Made by a program: the position numbers and the translations under genes. From Octopus bimaculoides (lineage: Eukaryota), in contig NC_068984.1 of assembly GCF_001194135.2 (NCBI RefSeq), positions 46,131,706 to 46,195,705 of the forward strand: a stretch of DNA of 64,000 bases, read 5' to 3'. The notes beneath the pieces are model-generated. The model was not told where the DNA came from and searched no databases. It saw nothing but the letters and a program-made list of their open reading frames with translations. Below, piece after piece: positions 25,052-39,070 of this stretch. Each line of letters begins with the position of its first letter. The stretch's first letter is position 1.

Positions 25052-25782
25052 ATATATATATGTGTATACATATATATGTATATAAGTATATATATATATA
25101 TATGTATGTGTGTGTCAGTGTTTGTGCACACAATGAATGTATCGTGTGTTTTCATTTTGTTTTGCTGTGTTTGTTCTCGTTCTTCCCTACTGCAGTCAAG
25201 GGAATGAATTGTCGTTGGATCAACACAGAACTTCGAATGTGATATATCTCTTTTTTTTTATTGTTATTCGTTCACCCGTATATTCCCATTTTATCTTGCT
25301 TTGTTGGCTTTCATGAATTTTCCTTTTGCACAAAATGTGATTTAACACTTGGACACAATTTCAGCTTTAATCACTATTTGGGAATCAAAGGCATTTTACT
25401 ACTTCATTTTCTATGAGGGTTAATATATTGTTGAGAATGTAATAAGAAGTACGGTAATAATCTATGTATTTAGGGTAAAATGTTTAGAGTTTATGGCCGG
25501 TCCCTTCTTTCATTTATTTGACTCAATTTATATGATTAAAGGCATTGTTTTCTTCACTCCTTACGTCCATTACCAGGATATATATTATCAAACTTGTAGG
25601 CTACCCAACTTTGATATAGGTACGGTGGGTAGGTCCTCGAATACTGTCATACGCCAAACTGTTTCATTTTTAAAAACAATTAGAGCCATACTCATCGGAC
25701 AGTGAAAACAAACCTTACAGCCGAATGATCAAGAGTGTGTTTCTTGCTTCCCTGAAACTTTAAGTAATGAGATTCTCTTTAA

Positions 25783-25872
<90 letters not shown>

Positions 25873-27975
25873 TTATATATATATATATATATATACATAT
25901 ACGAGTGCGCTCATGCCATCATGTATAATATCAAATATGCGTCTTAAATGTGTAGAAAACGTAATAGAATAAAATACCATTAGAATACAGGCAACTACTT
26001 TTATATCTAGATAAATTTATTTAAATTAAGCAATAGAAGATATAAAAGAATGCTACAGAGGAAATATCCTTTTTAAGTTCAACGTAATACATCATCCGTA
26101 TATAAACTAAAACTTCAGAAAGTTGATAAAACGTAATACTGATCAGGAAGAGGCTTTGCAGGTGAAATTTAATTTAGTAATTCTTTTACGAAGGCGATTT
26201 TTGGGAACATTTGTTCGCAATTGTAGTAATATGTCTCTTTGCTTGTCTTTGTGTTTCTAACTGCTCTTGGGATAAATCTTATAATCGCTTTTTTTTTGTC
26301 GTCGTTTACTTGCTAAAGGTTGATTGCATGAAAATATGTATGTATGTATGTGTGTGTATGCATTTGTGTGTGTATGTATGTATTCATTCATGTATGTATT
26401 TATGTATCCATCCAACATCTATCTATTTATCTATCTATCTGTCTGTCTGTTTGTTTGCCTGCATACCTACCTACCTACCTACCTACCTACCTACCTATCT
26501 ATCTATCTGCCTTTCTTTCCATCCGTCTGTCGGTCTATCTACCTATCTATCAAGTGAGAAAGCTTTATATGAGACCGGTCTATTTTGTCCTGCATCACAT
26601 CGAATACATTAATACAAAACGGCATTTATAATATGAGTGATATAAGTACACATAAACACTCACACTCACGCGCACACACACAAAGAAATACACACGCTCA
26701 CACTACCCACCGCATGTGTATAAACAAATCATGCTAATACCGTTGTTGCTTTTAATGTAGAATCCGTCAAAAAGGATTGCACCATTAATTGTTAACGTAT
26801 GATAAACACTTCGTGTTCATGTCCATGTCCACGAAATTCTTTGTAGACGTATAAGTATTGTTTATATGAAATCACATTGATGCATATCTATGTATATATT
26901 GGATTTAGAACATTTACATTTTCTCTTGTCATTCAGGAAGTATATATAGAATTTCATTTGTCTTGCGTTTTGAAGATAAATTATGAATGAAGTAAATAAA
27001 ATAATATGCATTCGGCAAATGGAAAAACGACAACAACCAAGCCAATCATATATTAAATCCGTTTATTAGACAACAGTTCAAAAATAAAACAGGAAACAAA
27101 ATGGTGGTATTAGTGTAAGGGTAGAAGTAAAGATTATATGGAAAAATAGCTAGAACAATCAAAGAGAGGAATACAAAAATCGAAACGAAAACGGCATGCA
27201 ATGACAAAGTAAATAGTAGTTTACGTGAGAGAGGGAGGAAGGTGAGAGAAAGAGTGAAGAAGAGAATGAGATACAGATAAACTGTAAAAAAAAAAAGTAT
27301 CTTTTATCAGATTACATAGTTTTTACATTTGTTTTGTGGCTTGTTTCGATTGGATGAATGAAACATGGATTCAAGTAAATTGTTTTATTATGCAAACTTG
27401 GTTGGCCCCAATTATATTAACGTCATGGAGCGATATTTCATTTGGTGATCTGTCAACATTTACCCACAGTAAACGATGAAAAGGAAAATAAAATAACAGA
27501 GAAATACATGAATAAATAAATAAATCTACCCATTGTTTTTCTTCTATGCAAAAAGCTAACGCACATGAAAATCATGAGATTTCATTGCTTGCTTTTCCGT
27601 TTTCTTTTGTTTTTACATTTTTACATCTACTTTAATGCATACTATTTTGTCTTGGGTTATATGTGCATATATTAGCAGAGCATTGCTGGTCAAAGACTAC
27701 TGAAACACACCTAGAAATAAATACATGTAAGAATATATATACAGTGCGGTATCTGCAAATGTACACGCATAATGAAATCTCTAAACTAGTTAAAAACATA
27801 TAAAAATGTATACACATCACAGTATATACAGAAAATAAACACGTGTATATGCTTGGGAAAATATCATTTGAACACACAGTCACACATAAACATGTATAAA
27901 GTACAATGAACAGTAAAATGGGACCATACCGGAAGAACAAGGTTTAGCAAATACTGTAGAGCTCGTGCATCGATA

Positions 27976-28039
<64 letters not shown>

Positions 28040-28040
28040 C

Positions 28041-28352
28041 ATGATGGCCGTCCACTCGTAACCGAGGAAGACTATTGCTGAGCTTCAGGAACATTGTGCG
28101 CTCTAGGATTAAGTTATATTTTGCATTTGCGGTCTGTTGGTAGCTAATGGGCCCTGCTTTTGGCAAGCATACATGAATGCAAACATGGCAAACCAAGCTT
28201 TCCTCATTCACTACACTAGTAGTGCGCTTTCGATCAGCACGCTTAAGTTCTTCATGCAGAATATTGGCTCTCACAAAAGTGTCGACCTCCTCCTTAACCT
28301 TCTTCCTCCATCTGTGGCGATGACATGTATTGCTCTCCCAGTCAGTCTCCTG
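28041..28352 (-). mobile_element. RTE-type LINE 3' end (ORF2 C-terminus with C2H2-like finger), inserted in (TA)n
   Basis: ETDWESNTCHRHRWRKKVKEEVDTFVRANILHEELKRADRKRTTSVVNEESLVCHVCIHVCLPKAGPISYQQT resembles the W..LA.DR..WR..V..G...FE...EE.KR.RK....F.C..C.R.C.S.AGL.SH terminus of RTE ORFs. Tail GGACGGCCATCAT. Confidence 0.75.
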
Positions 28353-28390
28353 CATATCACATGCATACATACATACATACATACATACGC

Positions 28391-28438
<48 letters not shown>

Positions 28439-29246
28439 CCACTGAACATTGAAAGGGTAATGTAGAGAGAATAGAAAAAGTATATAGAGGATACCTTTAT
28501 GCACTACACATATATTTATACGCGAATACCAGCGGACATTAATTTCACAGTCGACTATCGTTATCAGGAACGAACATTTAGGTTGCATTATTCGCGATTG
28601 TTTACGATTCATGACTACATATTTTTACATATTTCGTTAACTCGTACAAAGCAATTTTTTCATTTCTTATAGCAGATGCATTTTTAATGTTTTACACCAT
28701 TAACTTTGGTTGAATGTCAATCCGAAATTTTTCACTTTTTCCTATTCGATCTTGTGTAAGTTGTACAATTTCAGCATGTGCATCAGTTGGGCACTGTTCA
28801 GTGTCAGAAAACTGAGAGCCAAGAAGAAAATGAAGTAAGAACTTTAAGTAAAAACCACCAGTGTACTATAATTTATCATGAAAATCTTCGTCAGAATTAC
28901 ATTACATAGGCGATTTCACTATTGTCGTTCATTCGGTGGTCAACCTACAAATAAACTTAAGCTACAGCATTTTGATCGAGACCCGTCAGGCAAAACTCAT
29001 GCCAGAGAAAGTGTTACTAACTTGCTAACATACCAACCAACCCATCAGTGTCATCGTATTTTAATTCACAGTACACTCTAGCTACAAAGAAAGTCATGTG
29101 CAATGCAGCGACTTAATAGATGAAGAAATAAAGAACAGATCGTACACGTTTACTTCTCGATTTCTACTAAAGTACACTTAACGACAGAGAAATTTTCAGC
29201 GTACTCTAAGTTATAAATAAATCAGTGACCATATATATATATATAC

Positions 29247-29439
<193 letters not shown>

Positions 29440-29723
29440 TAGTATCTACCAGCCGTGAAAACTTAAAACTATGCCCATATCATTACTCGAGTTTTGCGCG
29501 CTGCACGCTTCAAGTCTCGCTTGAAGATCGCAGAGACAAGGAACTTGGATAGCGAGATGAATATTCAATTTCAAGAAACTACAGTTATACTACTTGTATT
29601 TCTCTTTCGTTCTAAAGAAATCATCACTCAGATATACATCTCTTCACTCTTCTTCATTCTCTTATTCCATGTCCCACTGTGTATATCCATCTATCTATCT
29701 ATCTATCTATCTATATATCTATA

Positions 29724-29782
<59 letters not shown>

Positions 29783-30674
29783 ATAATAGGGATAAAATCC
29801 CAAATTACAGGTAAAAACTCAATTAAAATCAATTTAATGAAATTCAATTAAGTTTCACAGTATAAAATATATATAAATATATAGTATTAGGGAAAAGATT
29901 ATAATTAAAAGTACTATAAAAATGTATAATATAATACAAAGTAAATATTATAAGATCAACATAATACACACACACACACACACACACACACANNNNNNNN
30001 NNNNNNNNNNNNNNNNNNNNNNNNNNNNNNNNNNNNNNNNNNNNNNNNNNNNNNNNNNNNNNNNNNNNNNNNNNNNNNNNNNNNNNNNNNNNNNNNNNNN
30101 NNNNNNNNNNNNNNNNNNNNNNNNNNNNNNNNNNTATATATATTGTATATATACTATGTATATATTGCGCTCATTAAGAGATTTTAACTATTATTTCTTG
30201 CAATATAGGTGCTTTAGCACCCTTCATCACAATTATTGACGATACGATCTCTTCTTTTAGAGTATTATATTGTCTCAAGCCGTTTATTATAATTTTTATT
30301 ATATTGCGCCTAGATAGTCATATTAAATTTTGATATACGCATTAGCATTTTGCTAAATCAACCATGAAGTCTATCCCATGGAATGAAATTTCACCTCACA
30401 AGTGTTAGCCAAGAATATGTCATACCAATTAAGAAACACAAACAATACGTAATTTCATTTACAAAAGAGATATAATTGCAAAAGATTATGTATACTCAGC
30501 CGCTTTTTATGATCACTTTGGTATAAATAGCTGGTACGATTTAAATGATTATAATTGAGTATATTTCTGACACACTAAATTTGATAACAATATAAAATTA
30601 ATGACCTTATCTTTGAGTATAATGACATATTGAACGATACACATAATGTATCTACATGTATATATGTATATGTG

Positions 30675-30721
<47 letters not shown>

Positions 30722-30802
30722 GTGTGTGTGTGTGTGCGCGTGTGTGTATGTAGATTATCTATATATATATTTACATCACATAAGCACATTCGTATATGTA
30801 TT

Positions 30803-30888
<86 letters not shown>

Positions 30889-30917
30889 CATATACATACA
30901 TATATGTATACGTATAT

Positions 30918-30951
<34 letters not shown>

Positions 30952-31621
30952 GCATATATGTATATACATACATATGCGTATGTGAGTGTTTGTGTATACC
31001 TGTTTATTTTGTTATTTTGTGAGAACGCTTTATAATCACAAAGATGGACTGCCTTACATATAGTCTACTCTGAATGTATCAGTAGAAAGAAATTTCCAAT
31101 ACAAAGTATCTCGTATACACCCAAATCAAATCAGCAGTAATGACGTTTGCAAATGTTTAGGATTGTAATTAAGATATTTATTAGGGTTTGAAAGCAAACC
31201 TATTTGTTCTGACGTTCCATTAGCGGAAACATAGGTTTTGTGTGACATCAGATGAAGGGCGGAATATAATTGGTTGAGACAGAATGATGGACAAACAAAG
31301 AGAGAGATCGTTAGATAGTTGGATAGACAGGTAGAAAGATAGATAAATGGAATGAACCAGTGGGACACAGAAAGAATACACATATAATCAAATTAATTGC
31401 TTGAAAGATGCGTATGAAAGTAACCCGGTAATATATACACACACGCACATAAACACACACACACACACACACACACACTAACACATACACGAGCTCACGC
31501 ACACGCACACATTCACATTGTATATATACAGAGAAAGACAGAGATGAGTATAGGCAATGGCTATATACTCATACATTCACACACACGCGCGCAATCATCA
31601 CACGCAGGAAAACATATTGAT

Positions 31622-32047
31622 TAACATGCGGTTGTATTTCCAGCAGGAGGAATGTACACACTGCATAAAATTAAGTGCATATATTTCATTGGAAGGTGAA
31701 ATTTCTTGTGGAGGGTCTGTATGTGGCAATTGCAACACCCTGCAGGCTGCACTATATAAAAACGTGCAGGTAGAAAAATATTAACAGATAATGCATTAAA
31801 TCTAAATAAAATTACCCACAAATATAGACATTTAACTAAAGAAGCAATACTTGCATCACATCACAAATCTAAAGTATACAGACCAGATATGCACGTCTAA
31901 CTCTTAGAATACATGGTTGGTAGCACACAACTTTTTCAAACTCTGGTAGTAAATTCTGCATTAAAACAAGTTGCCCACTATAAAGGAGGCAGTATACAGG
32001 ACAGTATCACCTCATATTCTGATGATGGTGTAGAAACGTCGATAAAA
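31622..32047 (+). mobile_element. Possible Penelope-like element relic (GIY-YIG-like frame plus minimal hammerhead-like motif)
   Basis: One frame (2 stops) gives GGMYTLHKIKCIYFIGR*...RKILT...YRHLTKEAIL. CTGATGA-7nt-GAAACGTC follows at 32019-32040. Confidence 0.4.
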
Positions 32048-32452
32048 GTTGTTTTTTTTTAGTATCCCTAATAAAAACGGGTTATGGTGTAGGATAGTCA
32101 GGATTTAAAATGTAACACCCACACGCACTTACTCGTATATAGGTCTATGGAAGAAAAAAATATTTGCAATCATGTCTCTCTGTAGAAAACTCTTTTGCAA
32201 GACAGATTTCTGCATCTATAGGTCTATTTATGTGCGCGCGTATATGTGTATGTATGAGTGTTTTTCGTGAACGTATGTACGCATATTTGCAGTATGGCCA
32301 AATGTTTGAGAATATCAATTTGCAACCTAAATTTTTAGTATCACTTACACTGAGGAATCGTAGACAAATGTCATTTATATAAATTTTGGGTGATGGAAAG
32401 TCACCACCACGACCATGCACATGCCCACACAAGTACTCATAAATATCATATA

Positions 32453-33150
32453 GGTCGGGAGAATAAGGTGGTTGAGGAATTTGTTCCCAACCAATCTCTT
32501 CGATCTTCTCTGACGTGATCTTTGCAGTGTGGGATCGCACATTTACCCGATGAAAATTCACTCCTTTTCGATTCACTAAAGCGGGTCTTTTTTTCTTCAA
32601 AGCTTGGTTCAAACGCTCTAATGTTTGACAGTAGACTTGAGCATTGATTGTTGCATTAGGTGGTAACAATTCAAAGTGAATTACTCCTTTGCAATCCCAC
32701 CAGATAGAGACAAGAGCCTTTTTGCCATGAAGTTCCCTTCTCGGTTGTGGTTGAGCTTTTTCCCTTTCACCAAGTCATTGTTTACGACGTTTAACATTTC
32801 GATAGAAGATCGATTTCTCGTCACCAGTTACAAGTCTATCCAAAGAGCGTGAAATGAGTTCGCGAGAATGGAGAGAAGAGCAGATGTCAACTCGGGATTT
32901 GCGGTTACTTTCGACAATTCATGAAGCACCCATTTTCCAATTTTAAGAATCTTTCCAGGTTGTTGAAGATGACGATGAACAGTTGTATGGGTTGAACTAA
33001 GCTTTATTGCTAATTCTTCAACTGATAATGCAGGATAATCTTCAAGTAATGCCTCAAGGAGCTTATCATCAAACTCAAATGGACGTCCTGTTCGATCTTC
33101 ATCTTCAAGGCTGACATCTCTACTTCTAAATTATGCAAACCATCTGTATT
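32453..33150 (-). pseudogene. mariner (Tc1/mariner) transposase pseudogene, truncated at both ends
   Basis: WFA*FRSRDVSLEDEDRTGRPFEFDD (HTH), KWVLHEL, VTGDEKS (first D), KKALVSIWWDCKGVIHFELLPPNATINAQVY, FHRVNVRSH (second D replaced), PYSPDL followed by unrelated sequence (third D lost). Contains stops and frameshifts; no TIRs seen. Confidence 0.92.
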
Positions 33151-33387
33151 TATATAACTGAAATTAATAGGAAAACAAAAGACGAAGACAGGTGTAGGTT
33201 TGACGCTCGGGAAAAATGAAAAAGTATTTTACGCTTCGAGCTCACGCTTTACAACAGAAAGAAAAAAGTGAAAATAAACAGAGAGAATGAAAAAAAAAAC
33301 CCTGTAGAGTACAGCGGTCCAACATGGACATACAAACAAATACACATACACACATACACACACATACATAAACACACATACACAAAC

Positions 33388-33420
<33 letters not shown>

Positions 33421-33431
33421 TACACATACAC

Positions 33432-33462
<31 letters not shown>

Positions 33463-33619
33463 ACACACATACACACATGTATATGTATATGCGGAACTCC
33501 CTCATCGAAGAGTACGAGTGTGCAGCGAGAAGACAAAAATATCCAACCGTAGAAAATAAAAGGAGCACGCAATAGAGACAATCAATAACACACTCACACT
33601 CTTATTCCCATTATTCGCC

Positions 33620-33820
33620 AACGTTTAAAATTCATTCACTTGACCTGGTGACTCCTCATGCGAGTCCACTGGCCACCAAGCGGAATATGGATACGAGCAT
33701 GACCTATTAAACCAGCACATAGTCTGTGATTTCTCAGCTAGATCGATTAGACAATGGTGGTTTGCGGGAATACCGCAGTTTTCTTGGTTTCGTTTCGTAT
33801 TTTATAGTGGCTGATCTTCA
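33620..33820 (-). mobile_element. Possible RTE-type LINE relic (post-RT region)
   Basis: YKIRNET...NHRL..LIGHAR...QW...KRW loosely follows IRNE...RLRW.GHV.R...W.P...RGRP..RW. Cut by a gap. Confidence 0.35.
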
Positions 33821-34422
33821 NNNNNNNNNNNNNNNNNNNNNNNNNNNNNNNNNNNNNNNNNNNNNNNNNNNNNNNNNNNNNNNNNNNNNNNNNNNNNNNN
33901 NNNNNNNNNNNNNNNNNNNNNNNNNNNNNNNNNNNNNNNNNNNNNNNNNNNNNNNNNNNNNNNNNNNNNNNNNNNNNNNNNNNNNNNNNNNNNNNNNNNN
34001 NNNNNNNNNNNNNNNNNNNNNNNNNNNNNNNNNNNNNNNNNNNNNNNNNNNNNNNNNNNNNNNNNNNNNNNNNNNNNNNNNNNNNNNNNNNNNNNNNNNN
34101 NNNNNNNNNNNNNNNNNNNNNNNNNNNNNNNNNNNNNNNNNNNNNNNNNNNNNNNNNNNNNNNNNNNNNNNNNNNNNNNNNNNNNNNNNNNNNNNNNNNN
34201 NNNNNNNNNNNNNNNNNNNNNNNNNNNNNNNNNNNNNNNNNNNNNNNNNNNNNNNNNNNNNNNNNNNNNNNNNNNNNNNNNNNNNNNNNNNNNNNNNNNN
34301 NNNNNNNNNNNNNNNNNNNNNNNNNNNNNNNNNNNNNNNNNNNNNNNNNNNNNNNNNNNNNNNNNNNNNNNNNNNNNNNNNNNNNNNNNNNNNNNNNNNN
34401 NNNNNNNNNNNNNNNNNNNNNN

Positions 34423-34481
<59 letters not shown>

Positions 34482-37400
34482 GTGTGTGTGTGTGTGCGTG
34501 TGCGTGTGTGTATGTGTGTGTGCGCGTGTGTGTATGCATGCGTATGTCTGCATGTAGTTGTGTATGTCTGTATGTGAATCTGCATGAATCTGTGCTTCTA
34601 AGTCAAAAATGTGTCTTGTGTATGTGAGTGTCCTTATATTTCTCCTAACTAATAATGATGATAAACAGAGAAGAATTCATCTCTCCTAGTCGAGGTTGAA
34701 ATAACAGTGTCGGCATGATAAGCTAATACCCGAGGGCGATCGTCGCACTCATTCTATATCCGGAGATTGAAAGCATTAAAAAAATATAGTTGTGACTGAT
34801 GTTGAGATCACCCAAAATATAGAAATGAGTTGTAAATTCAAAAGTTATTTTATGGGTCACTTTTCCTGTGCACCCAGTCTTTGTGTGCTTTAGAGAATAC
34901 TAAATTTGTATCTTTCTTCACTTTTCTTCTAGAAATACACAAGAAATTTTTGTGTGGCTATTATACATGCAATAGGCTACAATCTTATGAAGAGGTTACT
35001 CGTTATCTCGCCCACTTAACGATTCTGATTTAACAGCCAATATCCTTTGTACGAAGTTGCGTGGTTCCTTGAGGCATCACAACATATCACACATTTCAAT
35101 TAATTGAACATCCTCTCTCAACTGATCGTATATTGCTAATCTCTTGTTATACAAATCCCGTTCTACTCTTCTACACAAGATAGATTCGTATAATTTTACT
35201 CAAACGTAGTTTGCATACGCGTAACTTCTTTCATCATTCTTGTTGAGCCTGTCTTCTCAAATCCCACATTAATTCTTTCCTACAAGCAACTCCTATCAAA
35301 TATCATCCGCAATTTAGCGTTTTTGGCTTTTGATACGACATTGATTAAATTATATAGAATATCCCGCGAACCTAACCAACAACGAGGGTCACCGATGTCC
35401 ATGCTTTTCTCTTTCATCTAGCTTATACAAATTAAAATTTCTTTTCAAGTATGGATTTTGTCCGATGCTTTAAACATTTCAGCTCTTGGATGTTGCATTC
35501 CTTTCTCTCTTCTTTGACACAGGGCATTTTTCTTTAGAAATTAATCAGTGAAACTCCTTTATGATTAAATATGAACATTGTGACGTCATTGAAGAGCTTG
35601 TATTTTTTTTGGATACTTCTATTTCGCTGGTGTCACATTCCTGCTAATATTTTCGTTTAATTCTCCTCTTGATACTCCAGATATCTGAACCTGGGAATCG
35701 TTTTGAATAGATTTCTAGTGCCAACAAGAATTGAAGATAAATTTAGATAGGTGCTTAAATAATTTTCTTGTACTGAGGATAATGGTGTGTGGTGTGGGAG
35801 ATGAAATGTGTTTGGTGCCAATGTGTGTGGAGTGGGAAGTGTTTGTGGGTGTGAATAATGGTAAGTCAAGTGAGTGACGAGTTGAACGGTGTATATATAT
35901 ATATATATATTAAACATGTAGGTATGTTCTTTCTACGTCTGTCTGTATTCGTGTATGTTTTTACGCATGCATGCTTTTTACGTATCAATTTTTATACATG
36001 TATTTTTATATACTTATTTCTCTGCATATGATAATTATGCCTGTATGTATATTCTTTTATGAACTTACTTATTCATATATCGATGTATATATGCATTTGT
36101 GTTCAAGTAATCATGAAAAAAAATTGTTCCAAGACACCAGAACCTAATTAGTATCCAACGTAATGAAATATCATCTAAATTTTAATGTGTTTCAAACCAG
36201 ATAGATAATCACGAAATGAATGAATACATTAGCGAATAAAGAAATAAATAAACAAATAAATACTAGATTAAAAATAAAACATTGTCTGTATATGATGCGA
36301 TATTAAACTTGTTCTTTGTGCTTCATAATTGGCAAACATTTTGATCTTTTATTTTTGATATGCATCGACAAATATTATACACCAACCGCCTGACAATCGC
36401 ATGACAGCTGATGAAATTTATATCAAAAGCTAATTAACCTTTTGCTTATTATTCCAGCCCGGCAGGTTTTCCAGTACGGCAATATTTTACTTAGTGTTGA
36501 CATTGAGCTATTTTTGACGTTAAATAAATCTGACGCGTTGGGACGAATATATATCAATGTCTACTCTAATTTTTCAAGTCTATTCAAAGAAACGATAGAT
36601 ACACTGCAATATATTATAGTTGGCTCTCAATTCAAGTCGACTGTTGAGTTGTCCACTCAAGCGGATGGATTGTGAGTGTGTGTTCTCGTTTTCATATAAG
36701 ATATAGCAATAGTAGATTGATGCTGTAATGAGAATACCAACAGGAAACGATGGTTGGCAGAGGTATATGTTGATCCAGCTGTATCGGTCAGTATGCGGCT
36801 TGTTGAATGAGATTAAAAACATAGGAAAACATAGAGACACAAGTATAAACGCATAAATATAGACAAAGACATTCGCGAAACATATTAAAATACACACACG
36901 CACAACCAACACATAGGAGACTTAACATAGTTAGTGAACCTGCAAGAAATAGCAACGAAGTTCCCATCAAGCTACACGTATTGTCTTTAAACAATTTGTA
37001 GGGGAAACTATATAGTCAGTACAAGGTTTTGATGTGGCTGCGAGTACGTTATTACAATAGTTCATAAAGAGATGAAGAATAAATTCAAGATTTATATATT
37101 TACTACATAAAAAATATATTTTCTTTATTGGTCGATGATGACACAGAATCAAAACGTAGAATACAGTTGAATGAAGTAATCTATGCAAGAATGTTCAGAT
37201 AGAAAATGTAGAAATAACAGTGAAGTGGTGGCTTTCAGTCATGTGGCGTAGAGAAATAGATCGACATAGCAATGACGTGAATGGCTCTAAGTCTAATCGA
37301 CTAAGAAGCGAAGAGCTGTGTTACCAAGCACTTTTTAGTAAATGGAAAGCTAGACATTCTAGAAACTTCCAGAAGAAACGCTAACTTTCTTGAATGATTA

Positions 37401-37663
37401 AGAATCACGTCTCATGACACAGATGCTTCAAAAAACTTAGAGAAGGAAGGTTGCTCTATAATCTTTCTTGCAAGGTAGATCATTCAACTATCTAGCTACC
37501 GCTACAAATTCTTTATATCTCATAATGTAAGCTTACATATGAGAGGGGATGATCATTGTTAGATTGGTTTCTTAAGTTATCTTGTTGATAGCAATAACAA
37601 TCTACGCACTCGACACTAAACTGGCCTGTTATATACATGAGAAGCACATCCACCACACACGTG

Positions 37664-37704
<41 letters not shown>

Positions 37705-38914
37705 TTATATTCATATAGTGTATAAGCATCATATCAGGGAACCTTACTACAGAATAGTTTAGAAAGTTTTACCATGAATATGTACCATATACAGTAATTC
37801 TGTACATTTAAACTGATTGTATGCAATACACACACTACATACAGACACACACCAACACAATATCTGATGTCTGTGACCACATAAGCTGTTCTCGTTGTGT
37901 AAGCCGTTCTTGGTCTATCGTTCCCGTTTTGTAGGCCATTACCTCAGTTAGTGTGACTTCTTTTATACTCACTCTATCGTGGTGCCCATGCATCTTACAC
38001 ATCTTATCACTCAGAAACGAGTTCTAGAAACAAAAACTTTTCATACCACATTTTCTCTGTACACCAAGCCTTTGAAATTTCCTGAATCTCCTTCGTTTCC
38101 TCGTCGTAGAATCCTGTGGTGATCAACCATATTTGGGTGACATTCTGGTGGCGTTTAGAGATTATTCACCAGATTGAATGGGAATCAATAAGTAAAGGAG
38201 AAACAATTTTGTTTATTTCTATAAAAAGAAACAAAACAAAAACTAGTAACGCGTCGCATCCACTTGGATAATTTGAATTCAGTGCTATAATTTAATGAAA
38301 TAATCATTACTTTCCAACAGTAATTTTCTAGTCACCGGACCGTCACATTTTATGGTAGAAGTTACGCTGTTACTAATGCAGTGAACCAGACACAATGACT
38401 AGCTAAATGATTTATTTTAGTCAAGAAATATAGGGATGTAACTCAAAGTTAAACTGAAACTGAATGTGGCTATGCAGTGGAGCCTCGTCTTTCGTAAGTA
38501 AGGCAATAGCGTTGGACATACTTCGGTGTTATTCCACCTTCTCGGTAACGCATATACACAGAAACAACTTTAAAGATTAGATAATAAAACGGTTTAAGTT
38601 ATATATATATATATTAGACAACAACAGAGATTTATGTTTCAGAGAAATATAATGCGAACAAAAACATTTGTTGGGGTGCAATCCTTTTAAGGATGCATTA
38701 AGAAGTATATACAGGTACAAAGAGACAAGTAAGTGAAGATAAGGGACGACGAAGAGTCTATTATAGATCTGTTTTGCAATAACATGTAAGTTGCCGTTAA
38801 ATTTGTGAGAATGATGGCGCTTGTAGTGTGGAAGAGGGAGTTGATAAGTGAGCCTCTATGTGGTAGCAGATCGTACAAAAAATGGCAACCGTATAACCCT
38901 CAGCGAACTTCGAA

Positions 38915-39070
38915 ATGTTTCATTTTCCTGTCTTAAAAACTGAAAACGATATTTTACATTGTAGTCCTAGAAACCCTTAAAAAGGCAGGATGATGATAAC
39001 TGGAATATTTATGCCATGTCTTCTCGTTGAGGGTTGACTTGGAGGTTAAACAATAACAACAATAACAACA
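38915..39070 (+). mobile_element. Old retroposon 3' end with (AAC)n tail (family C)
   Basis: Ends GGTTGACTTGGAGGTTAAACAATAACAAC. Related ends lie on the minus strand at about 10305-10470, 21030-21130, 60445-60590 and 60820-60960. Confidence 0.45.
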
